From the sequence record MW460245.1: DNA of 64,000 bases. One strand, given 5' to 3'. The position numbers and the translations under genes were made by a program. The notes below the pieces were generated by a model, which saw only the letters and a program-made list of their open reading frames with translations, searched no databases and had not been told where the DNA came from. Within the stretch, counting starts at the first letter, position 1. Every line of letters begins with the position of its first letter. Shown here piece by piece: positions 17,263 to 26,000 of the stretch.

Positions 17263-17909
17263 GCGATATGAAAACTGTTGGTGCAGCCGCTCATCGTGAG
17301 CACCTCGTCAACGTTTTGCGTAGTGCGTCTTTGCTTGGTGCAGCCTTCACGCGAACATCTGCCAAACGGTCCCTTGATGCTGTTCTCAAGGAATTGCCGT
17401 TGTCGCTCCTGCTGTCGCCTGAGGAAGCCGACACGCTTGAAAACTTCGTGACTCATTACACTGCGTTCGCCTCTGCGCTTGAGGCACAGCGCACTGCGGA
17501 AAATGCAGACTACATCGAGCACGAACTGCGGACGCTTCGCAAGCTGCGCTCGCTCGCCGGCGATATCCTCGATCTCGACTTGGACGATGAAGTCGAGAAG
17601 GACGAGTGCAAGCCGGAGGGACTGGAGGAGCTCGCCAAAGGTTGGCCGTTCGAGGACAAATCCGCAGGTGACCCCATCGCGGCAGCCTTCGTAGCTGTTC
17701 GTTCCAACATTCCTGAATGGGACGTGACGGAGGAAGAGGCATCTATGTTCTACGACCGTGCCAAGAACGCAAGCATCCAGAACGAAGGCGGTGACGAGCA
17801 CGTGTACTTCGAACGTCGCCCTCTGAACGGTGTTCGCCGCTACCCGGTACGTGGTGAACGCACGAACGGCACGTGGTACTTCGAAGCCGTGCCCTACGCA
17901 GGCTTCTGA
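17259..17909 (+). CDS. hypothetical protein; C-terminal domain paralogous to ORF 19406
   Basis: VYFERRPLNGVRRYPVRGERTNGTWYFEAVPYAGF versus VYFQRPRQYPVRVEKCNGVWYAEVVAWVGL. Confidence 0.75.
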   Translation: MSDMKTVGAAAHREHLVNVLRSASLLGAAFTRTSAKRSLDAVLKELPLSLLLSPEEADTLENFVTHYTAFASALEAQRTAENADYIEHELRTLRKLRSLAGDILDLDLDDEVEKDECKPEGLEELAKGWPFEDKSAGDPIAAAFVAVRSNIPEWDVTEEEASMFYDRAKNASIQNEGGDEHVYFERRPLNGVRRYPVRGERTNGTWYFEAVPYAGF

Positions 17910-17919
17910 GGACTCCATC

Positions 17920-18150
17920 ATGCTGAATTGGTTGTGGGAGAAGATTCAGTGGCTGCTGATGCTGGCAGTCAGTGAAGGTGATCCTCAACCTACGGCCGAA
18001 CCTAAGAAGGTGCGTGTCGTCCAGCGCACCAGCTCAGCAAAGCCGATGGACGAGGATCAACGCCGCTTAACCGCGGCACAACAGAAGCGCGAGCGTAAAG
18101 CCGAGAAGCTTCGACAGCACGCCGCGCGAAACGGAATGACTGGAGGTTGA
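17920..18150 (+). CDS. hypothetical basic protein
   Basis: GAGGA RBS. Confidence 0.7.
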   Translation: MLNWLWEKIQWLLMLAVSEGDPQPTAEPKKVRVVQRTSSAKPMDEDQRRLTAAQQKRERKAEKLRQHAARNGMTGG

Positions 18151-18151
18151 T

Positions 18152-18295
18152 ATGAGGTTGAAGGCCTTAGGAGACGGGCAATCACCTAGCGCGGTCAACG
18201 CGTTCGGCCTTGTCCTGCTCTTCACACTTGCAGGGCTTGGTCTGTTCGCATCGTTGACCGCAGTCATCAAGATGCTGGCTAACCTGCTGTCTTAA
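18152..18295 (+). CDS. 47-aa single-TM protein (not in ORF track)
   Basis: GGAGG RBS; hydrophobic C-terminal half. Confidence 0.6.
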   Translation: MRLKALGDGQSPSAVNAFGLVLLFTLAGLGLFASLTAVIKMLANLLS

Positions 18296-18345
18296 CCGTT
18301 TCACCGCAGCACCGGGAAGGACGCCTACAGTTGGTGTCCTTCCCT

Positions 18346-18451
18346 CTGTTGCTTTTCTACAACACAGGTCTGACTGCATGGTTGCGACGTGCAGATTCGT
18401 GCTATAATTACTACAAGCACCAGACCCTCAGGTGTTGTAAAAGAGCAACGC
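18346..18451 (+). promoter_or_regulatory. early promoter module with two palindromes
   Basis: CTGTTG-CTTTTCTA-CAACAC 18346-18365; TGCTATAAT (18403-18408); GTGTTG-TAAAAGAG-CAACGC 18432-18451. Confidence 0.8.
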
Positions 18452-18514
18452 TTAGGATCACCCAGAATTCACGTCTAAGAAAGACGACACTTGCAGTAAC
18501 TATCCCGTACAAAG

Positions 18515-18543
18515 TCAACTTGTCGAAGAAAGGACAAATCATG
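18515..18543 (+). repeat. conserved leader/RBS repeat
   Basis: TCAACTTGTCGAAGAAAGGACAAATCATG. Confidence 0.8.
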
Positions 18544-18906
18544 GCACGCAATACGAAAGCAAAACGCGAACTTTTCGCAAAGCTGGACGCACAGGCAGAA
18601 GCACGCGACCGCAAGGTCAAGGCGAAGACCGTGAAGTTTGCGGCAGCGCTGGCGAAAGCCTACAAGCTTCGCGCTGAAACGTACACGATGCGGCTCGCGT
18701 ATATCGATTGCATCGTCTTGACCGGCGCGAAGCGTCAGATTCGCATCATGGTGAACTACCTCACGAAGCAAGTTACTGTCCGGCTGCCTGATTCGAAGCT
18801 GAACATCGTTGCCGATAACGCCGCACACCTGCAGCGCATCGTTAAAAACGTGCTGACGCCCGCAGCGAACGACAGCAACGCCGACGCCGAAGAAAAAGCA
18901 GCCTAA
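18541..18906 (+). CDS. hypothetical basic early protein
   Basis: Starts at leader ATG. Confidence 0.8.
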   Translation: MARNTKAKRELFAKLDAQAEARDRKVKAKTVKFAAALAKAYKLRAETYTMRLAYIDCIVLTGAKRQIRIMVNYLTKQVTVRLPDSKLNIVADNAAHLQRIVKNVLTPAANDSNADAEEKAA

Positions 18907-18925
18907 CGCGAAAACGTGCTATAAT
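18907..18925 (+). promoter_or_regulatory. early extended -10 promoter
   Basis: CGCGAAAACGTGCTATAAT, identical to 30377-30395. Confidence 0.75.
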
Positions 18926-18948
18926 GTTTCTACGTTGTAGCACTTCAG

Positions 18949-18979
18949 TTCACTTGTCAAAGAAAGGACAAACATCATG
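18949..18979 (+). repeat. conserved leader/RBS repeat
   Basis: TTCACTTGTCAAAGAAAGGACAAACATCATG. Confidence 0.8.
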
Positions 18980-19378
18980 GCAATCAAGACCCGCACGCGC
19001 AACCTCGTCAAGCACCTCGTCGCAAACTTCGCTGATCGTTACGAATTCTTCATCGAAAACGCGCAAGAAGGCGTCGATGTCATCCACGTCGGCCGTCGCA
19101 TCATCAAGTCGAAGCTCCAGTCCCTCAACTTCGAAATCACTGTCGATTACAACTGCAAGCAAGTGCGCGCGTTCGGTCAGGTCATCGCCGGTCTGGAGCA
19201 CCTCGAAAAGATGCTCGGCAAAATCACGCGCGTCACCGATCTGCCGAAGTGGGTCGCGAAGTTTGCACGCACGAACGTGAAGCTGTCCGCAACGATGCTC
19301 AAGCAGCTCGCGAAGAAAGCCAAAGCGCAACGCGTGCCGACGCTGGAAGAACTGCGCACGTTTGAATTCGCGCTGTAA
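18977..19378 (+). CDS. hypothetical basic early protein
   Basis: Starts at leader ATG. Confidence 0.8.
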   Translation: MAIKTRTRNLVKHLVANFADRYEFFIENAQEGVDVIHVGRRIIKSKLQSLNFEITVDYNCKQVRAFGQVIAGLEHLEKMLGKITRVTDLPKWVAKFARTNVKLSATMLKQLAKKAKAQRVPTLEELRTFEFAL

Positions 19379-19405
19379 CGAAAGACGCACGCAGCGGGAG
19401 GCTGC

Positions 19406-19603
19406 ATGTCATACGAACATATGTGGGCGCTGTCTGAGAAGGAACGCGCCCATTACATCGAGCGGGCTCAACGCGGTGAGGGTGAGCCCTTTTCTACGGC
19501 ATTCGATACGGTCTACTTCCAGCGGCCCCGGCAATATCCGGTTCGCGTCGAGAAATGCAACGGCGTTTGGTACGCCGAGGTCGTAGCCTGGGTAGGTCTC
19601 TGA
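19406..19603 (+). CDS. small protein paralogous to the C-terminus of ORF 17259
   Basis: GGGAGG RBS; shared YPVR.E..NG.WY.E motif. Confidence 0.75.
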   Translation: MSYEHMWALSEKERAHYIERAQRGEGEPFSTAFDTVYFQRPRQYPVRVEKCNGVWYAEVVAWVGL

Positions 19604-19612
19604 GGAACTGAA

Positions 19613-19996
19613 ATGAGCAAGATTCAAAAGATGGCAGTGCGGGAGATTCTCGCGTTCGGCAAGAACATGGCAGCTCTGCTGCCTGAAGACAAGCTTACGG
19701 TCACGCAGACCGAAACGCACGCGATGGTTCGGATGCGTGTGTCCGATCATCACGGTTACGACGTCGAGTTGTCCCTTTTCAACGAAGGGAATAACATCGC
19801 AACCGTTCTCAGTCTGTTCCGGCGCAAAGATGCAAAGCACAATCATCTGATAGATGATTGGTTCCACGATGCCAAGTCCTGCGTATCTGTTGAGGATGCT
19901 ATCAAGCAGGCGCAGGACCTGTGGAATGACTTCTGGAATGGTCCGGATCAATGGTTCAAGAACCGGCAGTATTGGCAATCTGAGTGGATGCACTGA
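19613..19996 (+). CDS. hypothetical phage protein
   Basis: GAGGA RBS. Confidence 0.75.
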   Translation: MSKIQKMAVREILAFGKNMAALLPEDKLTVTQTETHAMVRMRVSDHHGYDVELSLFNEGNNIATVLSLFRRKDAKHNHLIDDWFHDAKSCVSVEDAIKQAQDLWNDFWNGPDQWFKNRQYWQSEWMH

Positions 19997-20037
19997 GCGT
20001 CCCCTGAACATCTCACAACACTTCAACGGAGTTCATC

Positions 20038-20964
20038 ATGCCGCATTTCCACAATACCGCATCTGGCAAAATGGTCAACGCTCGCATCCACGAGAAGCAT
20101 TGGCGCAAGTTGCCGTTCCAGATTCAACCGGCACCGGAGCATTTCCCGGTCGGTACGCTGTTCACGGTCGACTGCCTGGACCGCGACAAGGGCAAGGTCT
20201 TCGAGGTTCGCAAGATCGTGCAGAACAGCTCGCGCGGTTATGTGCTCGAAACCACGACGCCTCAGGAAGGCGCAGGTTCGGGGCCGGATGCGATCTTCCC
20301 CGAGGGCATGATGGAATCGTTCCACATTTGCCACGTGAACAAGATTCTGGCACGAGGCAACGGTCCACTGGTCATCAAGTATCAGTACCATGTGCATCAC
20401 GACGCGAAGCACGCGGCGCAAACCGCAGAAGTGTTGGCGGTGATGAAGCACGAAGCCGAGCAAGGTGTGCCGCCGAAGTGGCGCAAGGGCGTATGGACGC
20501 CGGGTCATGGGCCGCGCAGCCTGAAGGGCTATCATGTCATTCAGTCTTACGACGTCCATGCGTTCGCCTATCTCGTGTTCCTGGCATCGGGCCGCGATTC
20601 GCTGCGCAACGTCGATTACAAGGAGATGATGGCGCATCTGGTCGAACGCCATCCGGAGCATGTGCGAGATCGCGGTGACTGGCTGGAAGCTTTCTGGTTT
20701 CCCAAGAAGTGGTTCAAGCGGTGGGTGCGGCAGAACGTGAACCGCTTCCTCTGCAATCTGCATGAGGAGCAAAAGCGCGAGGAAGAGGAATCGAACCGCA
20801 TGTGGGACGACGTGTCCGACACGATGGACGACACGCCTGAATGGCAGCCGTCGGAAGACGAACCGAAACAGCCCTTTCCTCTTACGCTCGCGGTCGAAGT
20901 ACCGGAGCAGCAGGAAGGTGACGATGACGAGGCGAATGACGATACGTTTGCCCTTCATCCGTAA
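20038..20964 (+). CDS. hypothetical protein with acidic C-terminus
   Basis: GGAG RBS; 308 aa. Confidence 0.8.
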   Translation: MPHFHNTASGKMVNARIHEKHWRKLPFQIQPAPEHFPVGTLFTVDCLDRDKGKVFEVRKIVQNSSRGYVLETTTPQEGAGSGPDAIFPEGMMESFHICHVNKILARGNGPLVIKYQYHVHHDAKHAAQTAEVLAVMKHEAEQGVPPKWRKGVWTPGHGPRSLKGYHVIQSYDVHAFAYLVFLASGRDSLRNVDYKEMMAHLVERHPEHVRDRGDWLEAFWFPKKWFKRWVRQNVNRFLCNLHEEQKREEEESNRMWDDVSDTMDDTPEWQPSEDEPKQPFPLTLAVEVPEQQEGDDDEANDDTFALHP

Positions 20965-21003
20965 CATCAACACACCTATCACACCAATCATAAGGAACGA
21001 ATC

Positions 21004-21573
21004 ATGAGCGCACCTGCATTCAAAGGTCTGAACCGCAAGCAACGTCGGGCCCTGCAGTTCGCCGGCCGCAGCGACACGTTTTACGAGCAACACAAAGCAG
21101 GGCTCGCACAAGTCGAGGCGAAACAGGCATTGGAGGAGGGCCTGCCTCCTGTTCAGACGGTCATCAAGGAGGTGGATGGCTGGATCGCCATCCCTGAGTT
21201 CGACGGCACCTTCATGCCGTATGTCATCAACTACATGATCCCGTACGCGGACCTGGACGACAAGTACAAGTCGGCTGCGTTCAACTACTCCGGTCAGTAC
21301 CGCGAGAAGTGCGAGGGCAACGTGCCGGCCGCATATCAGGCGCTGCTGTCGGAATGGTTCTACGGCGGCCTCCTGAAACTGGAGCTCACGTTCAAGCCGA
21401 ACGTGCGGTGCGCGAACGGTGATACGGCACACAACGCCATCATGAAACGCCTGCGCCTCTACTTGGGAGAAATCCTCGGCAGCTTCGAGCCGTCGCACGA
21501 GCACAAGTTCGCGTACCTCGTGTACGTGCTGGACATGGTGTGCACCAATGCACGCTGGACCCCTTGCAAGTAA
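21004..21573 (+). CDS. conserved-type phage protein
   Basis: AAGGA RBS; WFYGGL...ILGSFEPSHEHK motif. Confidence 0.8.
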   Translation: MSAPAFKGLNRKQRRALQFAGRSDTFYEQHKAGLAQVEAKQALEEGLPPVQTVIKEVDGWIAIPEFDGTFMPYVINYMIPYADLDDKYKSAAFNYSGQYREKCEGNVPAAYQALLSEWFYGGLLKLELTFKPNVRCANGDTAHNAIMKRLRLYLGEILGSFEPSHEHKFAYLVYVLDMVCTNARWTPCK

Positions 21574-21583
21574 AGGAGACATC

Positions 21584-22051
21584 ATGAGCACGAAAGCAGG
21601 CGTCTACAAGCTGGACGAGTTGAAGCAAGGTGTTTCGGTGTGGGTCGTTCACCTCATCCCGAATCTTCATACCGGGCTCTTCCAAGCTTCACTGAGCGAG
21701 CCTTACAAGTTGTGTCGCAAGCCAAGGGCGTGTTTCATCGGGTCTGACGACGACTTGACGTACCTGTCACACGACATGCCGTACGTGCAACCGTACAGGC
21801 ATCGTCTGATGCGAGATGGTCGCACGCACTACGAGTTCCATGATATGTGCGGGGACCGTGGCGTGTTCCCGCGTGGCGAGTTCAAGTACCTGAACCACAA
21901 CCGAGGCTTCAAGTCCCTGCGTAAGGCTCTGCGTTACATGCGCCTCTACGATGGCACCAACGTGCCGGCTGAAGAATTGCGCCGTCTGCGCCTCTGGAAG
22001 ACTGACGACGCGCTCGTTGACGAATTCGACTACAGCGACCTTGACGCGTAG
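21584..22051 (+). CDS. hypothetical phage protein
   Basis: AAGGAG RBS. Confidence 0.75.
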   Translation: MSTKAGVYKLDELKQGVSVWVVHLIPNLHTGLFQASLSEPYKLCRKPRACFIGSDDDLTYLSHDMPYVQPYRHRLMRDGRTHYEFHDMCGDRGVFPRGEFKYLNHNRGFKSLRKALRYMRLYDGTNVPAEELRRLRLWKTDDALVDEFDYSDLDA

Positions 22052-22135
22052 CCCAGCGTCTCGAAATGTTAAGAAAGGTGCAAACTTGACTTGACAGTTT
22101 TTGACATTTGGTACGGCACAGCAGTTTCAAGAAGG

Positions 22136-22206
22136 TTGGCGCAGGGACGAAAAGCGTGTTACAATGAAGTGCGCGCACTCCCTGCGCTGTTGCGAAAATA
22201 CAACAC
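22136..22206 (+). promoter_or_regulatory. early promoter module with downstream palindrome
   Basis: TTGGCG 22136-22141, 18 bp, TG-T-TACAAT 22160-22165; CTGTTG-CGAAAATA-CAACAC 22187-22206. Confidence 0.8.
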
Positions 22207-22209
22207 TAG

Positions 22210-22237
22210 TTCAACGTCGAAGAAAGGACACGTCATG
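22210..22237 (+). repeat. conserved leader/RBS repeat
   Basis: TTCAACGTCGAAGAAAGGACACGTCATG (one mismatch to the 3126 copy). Confidence 0.85.
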
Positions 22238-22567
22238 AAGAAAATTCTGGCAGTCATTTGCATGGCATTCGCGATCAACGCGCAAGCGGAACTGCAACGC
22301 GTTGCAACGTCACAATCGAACATGGCCTGGGCTAACATCAGGGCTACTCCGGAATGCATGGCTGGCATGACCGCGAAAGAAACGAAGGTCAACGGCGTGC
22401 GTACCATCGAGGCGGCTTTGCCGGGATGCAGTCGGTACTTTGTGTACGACACGGACGGCTACATGGTCATCACCATGAATCCGAACGAAGCAAAAGACCT
22501 GCGCGCTGAACTGAAGGCGTACCGCGCAGAAACGGCTGAACTGGTTCGTATGGCTCGGGGGTACTGA
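22235..22567 (+). CDS. secreted/periplasmic protein
   Basis: Sec signal MKKILAVICMAFAINAQA. Confidence 0.8.
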   Translation: MKKILAVICMAFAINAQAELQRVATSQSNMAWANIRATPECMAGMTAKETKVNGVRTIEAALPGCSRYFVYDTDGYMVITMNPNEAKDLRAELKAYRAETAELVRMARGY

Positions 22568-22568
22568 A

Positions 22569-22907
22569 ATGCAAATCAAGAATGATGCAATCGCGCAGCA
22601 CGCGAACACCCTCATCGCCTATGATGCAGGCAAGAAGAAGGTCAGCGTCGCGTACCTGACCTGGTTCCTCGGCGGCATTTTCGGCTTTCACCTGATCTAC
22701 ACCCGCAAGTGGTTCTACTTCATCATCCAGTGGGCCCTGCTGTACGGATTTGTCGTGGCTTCTGATCCGAAGAGCGAGTTGTTCGGTTCGCGCTGGGAGT
22801 TTCTGGCGACGTGGGCAGCCTTCATCGTCATCGACGGTCTCATCCTGTGGCATCACGTAAGCAGCCACAACAAACGGCTCGTTAAGAAGTTGTCGGGCGG
22901 CAAGTAA
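22569..22907 (+). CDS. TM2 (NINE) domain membrane protein
   Basis: KKKVSVAYLTWFLGGIFGFHLIY..KW is the TM2 signature. Confidence 0.8.
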   Translation: MQIKNDAIAQHANTLIAYDAGKKKVSVAYLTWFLGGIFGFHLIYTRKWFYFIIQWALLYGFVVASDPKSELFGSRWEFLATWAAFIVIDGLILWHHVSSHNKRLVKKLSGGK

Positions 22908-23012
22908 CGCATCACCGATCTTTAGGTTCACCGAATTCAAGAGTGCCAACGTAGTAAAGGTCTGTACCAACCGTAGTTCATAACTTCAATCCTTTCCAGG
23001 AACTTTTCATCA

Positions 23013-26000
23013 ATGCAAAAGACTCAAGTTTCCATCCTCGTCGCTTCCCTGTTCGCAGCAGCCGGTGTCAACGCAGCAGGTTCGCTCCAATTCGTGGATC
23101 GTGGCAATCCGAACCAGATCGCGAAGGACTGCATCGACGGCAAGTCGGGTAGCGGTTGCGTCGGTACGCGCAGCAGCGGTTACGTGGCAGTGTCGACCGC
23201 ATCCCCGATTCTGCAGGGCAATGGTGCAGTCGGCGGTACGGGTGGCATCGCGATCGGTGATCGTGCGAACGCGAACAAGGACAACAAGGGCACCGGCGAC
23301 AACAACGGCGGCGCAATGGCGATCGGCGTGGCAGCGCAAGCAATCAACAACAGCGCGATGGCGATCGGTACGGCAGCAGTCGCAACCGGCAACACGGCAA
23401 TCGCGATGGGTCGTCAGTCGGCAGCAACCGGCGAGTTCTCGATGGCGATGGGCAACGTCGCGAACGCAACGGGCGACCGCAGCGTGGCAATTGGTCACTC
23501 GGCGAACGCAGTCGGCGTGCAGTCGGTGGCGATCGGCAACTCGGCAGGTGGTGCCAATGACGGCGTGTCGCAAGGCGCGTCCTACGATGCAGCGACGCAG
23601 ACCCGTTCGGTCGGTGCGCGTAGCGTGGCAATCGGTGCGAATGCACAAACGACCGGCGATGACCAGATCGCGATCGGCAACGGCGCACGCGGCATGACCT
23701 CGGTGGCTGGCAAGGCAGCGTTCTCGAACGAAGCTGTGGCAGCAACTGGTGCGGTTTCGTTCGGCGATCCGAAGGGCACGGGTGTGCAGCGCCAGATCAA
23801 GGGCATCGCCGGTGCAACGGACGGCAACGACGCCGTGAACCTGAACCAGCTGACGGCCGTGAACAGCAGCCTGAGCACGTCGATCGGTGCAGTCGATCAA
23901 CGCGTTACGACGGTGGACAATCGCGTCACGACCGTTTCGAACTCGCTGTCCACGTCGATCAACACGACGAACCAGAACGTGACGAATCTGAGCACGTCGG
24001 TGGACAGCAGCGTGAAGTCGCTCAACACGTCGATCACCAACGTGGACAACCGCGTCACGAACATGGGCGCATCGCTGTCGACCTCGATCAGCAACATCGA
24101 TGGCCGTGTGACGGTGAACGAAGGCAACATCACGAATCTGCAGGCAGCGGACAAGCTGAACGTGAAGTACGATTCGCTGTCGAAGGACAAGGTCACGCTG
24201 GGCGGTGCGAACGGCACGGTGCTGTCGAACGTGAAGGCCGGCACGGCTGATACCGATGCTGTGAACGTCGGTCAACTGAACGGCAAGCTGGCGCCGATCA
24301 ACACGTCGATCACCAACATCAACACGTCGCTTTCGACGGCAACGTCCAACATCACCAACCTGCAAGGTGACGTGAAGAACCTCAGCACGACGGTCGGCGG
24401 TCACACCACGCAGATCAACAACCTGAGTACGTCGCTGAACACGACGAACCAGAACGTGTCGAACCTGACGAACGTGGTCAACGGTCATACGACCGACATC
24501 GGCGCGCTGCAAGAAGCCGACAAGCGCAACGTGAAGTACGATGGCGCCTCGGGCTTCGACAGCGTTACGCTGGCCGGCGGCAAGAACGGCACGAAGGTGA
24601 CCAACGTGGCAGACGGCGCGCTGACCGCAACGTCGAAGGACGCAGTGAACGGCTCGCAGCTCTACGCGACGAACCAGAACCTGACGAACCTCGGCGACAC
24701 GGTGAACCAGATCGATGGTCGCGTGACGAAGGTGGAAGGCAACATCACCAGCATCGGCGACAAGGTGACGAACATCGACAACTCGGTGAACGGCCTGAAG
24801 CAAGACGCCCTCCAGTGGAACAGCACGATGGGCGCCTATGATGCATCGCATGGTTCGGGTGAAGCGCAGAAGATCACGAACGTCGCCGACGGCAAGGTCG
24901 CAGCAGGCAGCAAGGACGCGATCAACGGCGGTCAGCTCTATGACGCGGTGAAGGACGGCGTGTCGAACGGCACGAAGAATGCGGTTCAGTACGACGGTGA
25001 CGACCACACGAAGGTCACGCTGGGCGGTGTCGGTGGTACGACCATCACCAACGTCAAGGCAGGTGAACTGTCGGCAACGTCGAAGGACGCAGTGAACGGC
25101 TCGCAGCTCTTCGAAACGAACACCAACGTTTTGAATCTGGATGGCCGTGTGACTAACATCGATGGCCGTGTCACGAACCTGGACGGCCGTGTGACGAAGG
25201 TCGAAGGTGACGTCACCAACGTCATCAACGGCGAAGTCGGTCTGGTGCAGCAGCATGGTGCTCGCAACCCGATCACGGTCGGCAAGGACACGCTCGGCGG
25301 CGTCGTGAAGTTCAACAATGCTGACGGCGAGACGCGCACGCTGGCAGGTGTGACGGCTGGTGTGGCTGACACGGACGCGGTGAACGTCAAGCAACTGACG
25401 ACAGCAACCGGCAACCTGCAGAACCAAATCAACGTGCAAGGCGACACTATCGTCAAGCATGGCGATACGCTGGTGCAGCAAGGCAACGCGATCACCAACC
25501 TGAACACGAGCGTTACGAACCTTGGTGACAAGGTCACGAACATCGATGGCCGTGTGACGACGAACACGACGAACATCCAGGCACTCCAGCAAGACGCTCT
25601 GCAGTTCAACAAGACCGTCGGGGCCTACGATGCGACGCGTGGCGGCAACGCAACGAAGATCACGGGCGTGGCAGCAGGTAACGTCAACGCAACCAGCACC
25701 GACGCGATCAACGGCTCGCAGCTCTACGCGACCGAGCAGAAGATCAAGGACGGCATCGCTGGTGACATGAAGAATGTGGTCAAGTACACGGACGACACGC
25801 ACGCTGGCATTGCGCTGGACGGCAAGGGCGGTACGAAGATCACCAACGTTCGCGCTGGTACGCTGTCGAACACCAGCACGGACGCGGTGAACGGCTCGCA
25901 ACTGTTCGCAACGAACAATGCAGTTACGAACCTCGATCAACGCGTGACCAAGAACGAGACGAGCATCACCAATCTCGACAACTCGGTCAATGGTCTGAAG

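Noticed and set aside
20023-21591. 522-aa minus-strand ORF, and the many other minus-strand ORFs in the track
   Set aside because: They overlap well-supported + strand genes with RBSs and coupled starts. Antisense open frames are expected in GC-rich, codon-biased DNA. No minus-strand gene could be supported.
22091-22234. In-frame N-terminal extension of ORF 22235 from a TTG
   Set aside because: It runs through the promoter and operator, and would bury the signal peptide that starts at the leader ATG.
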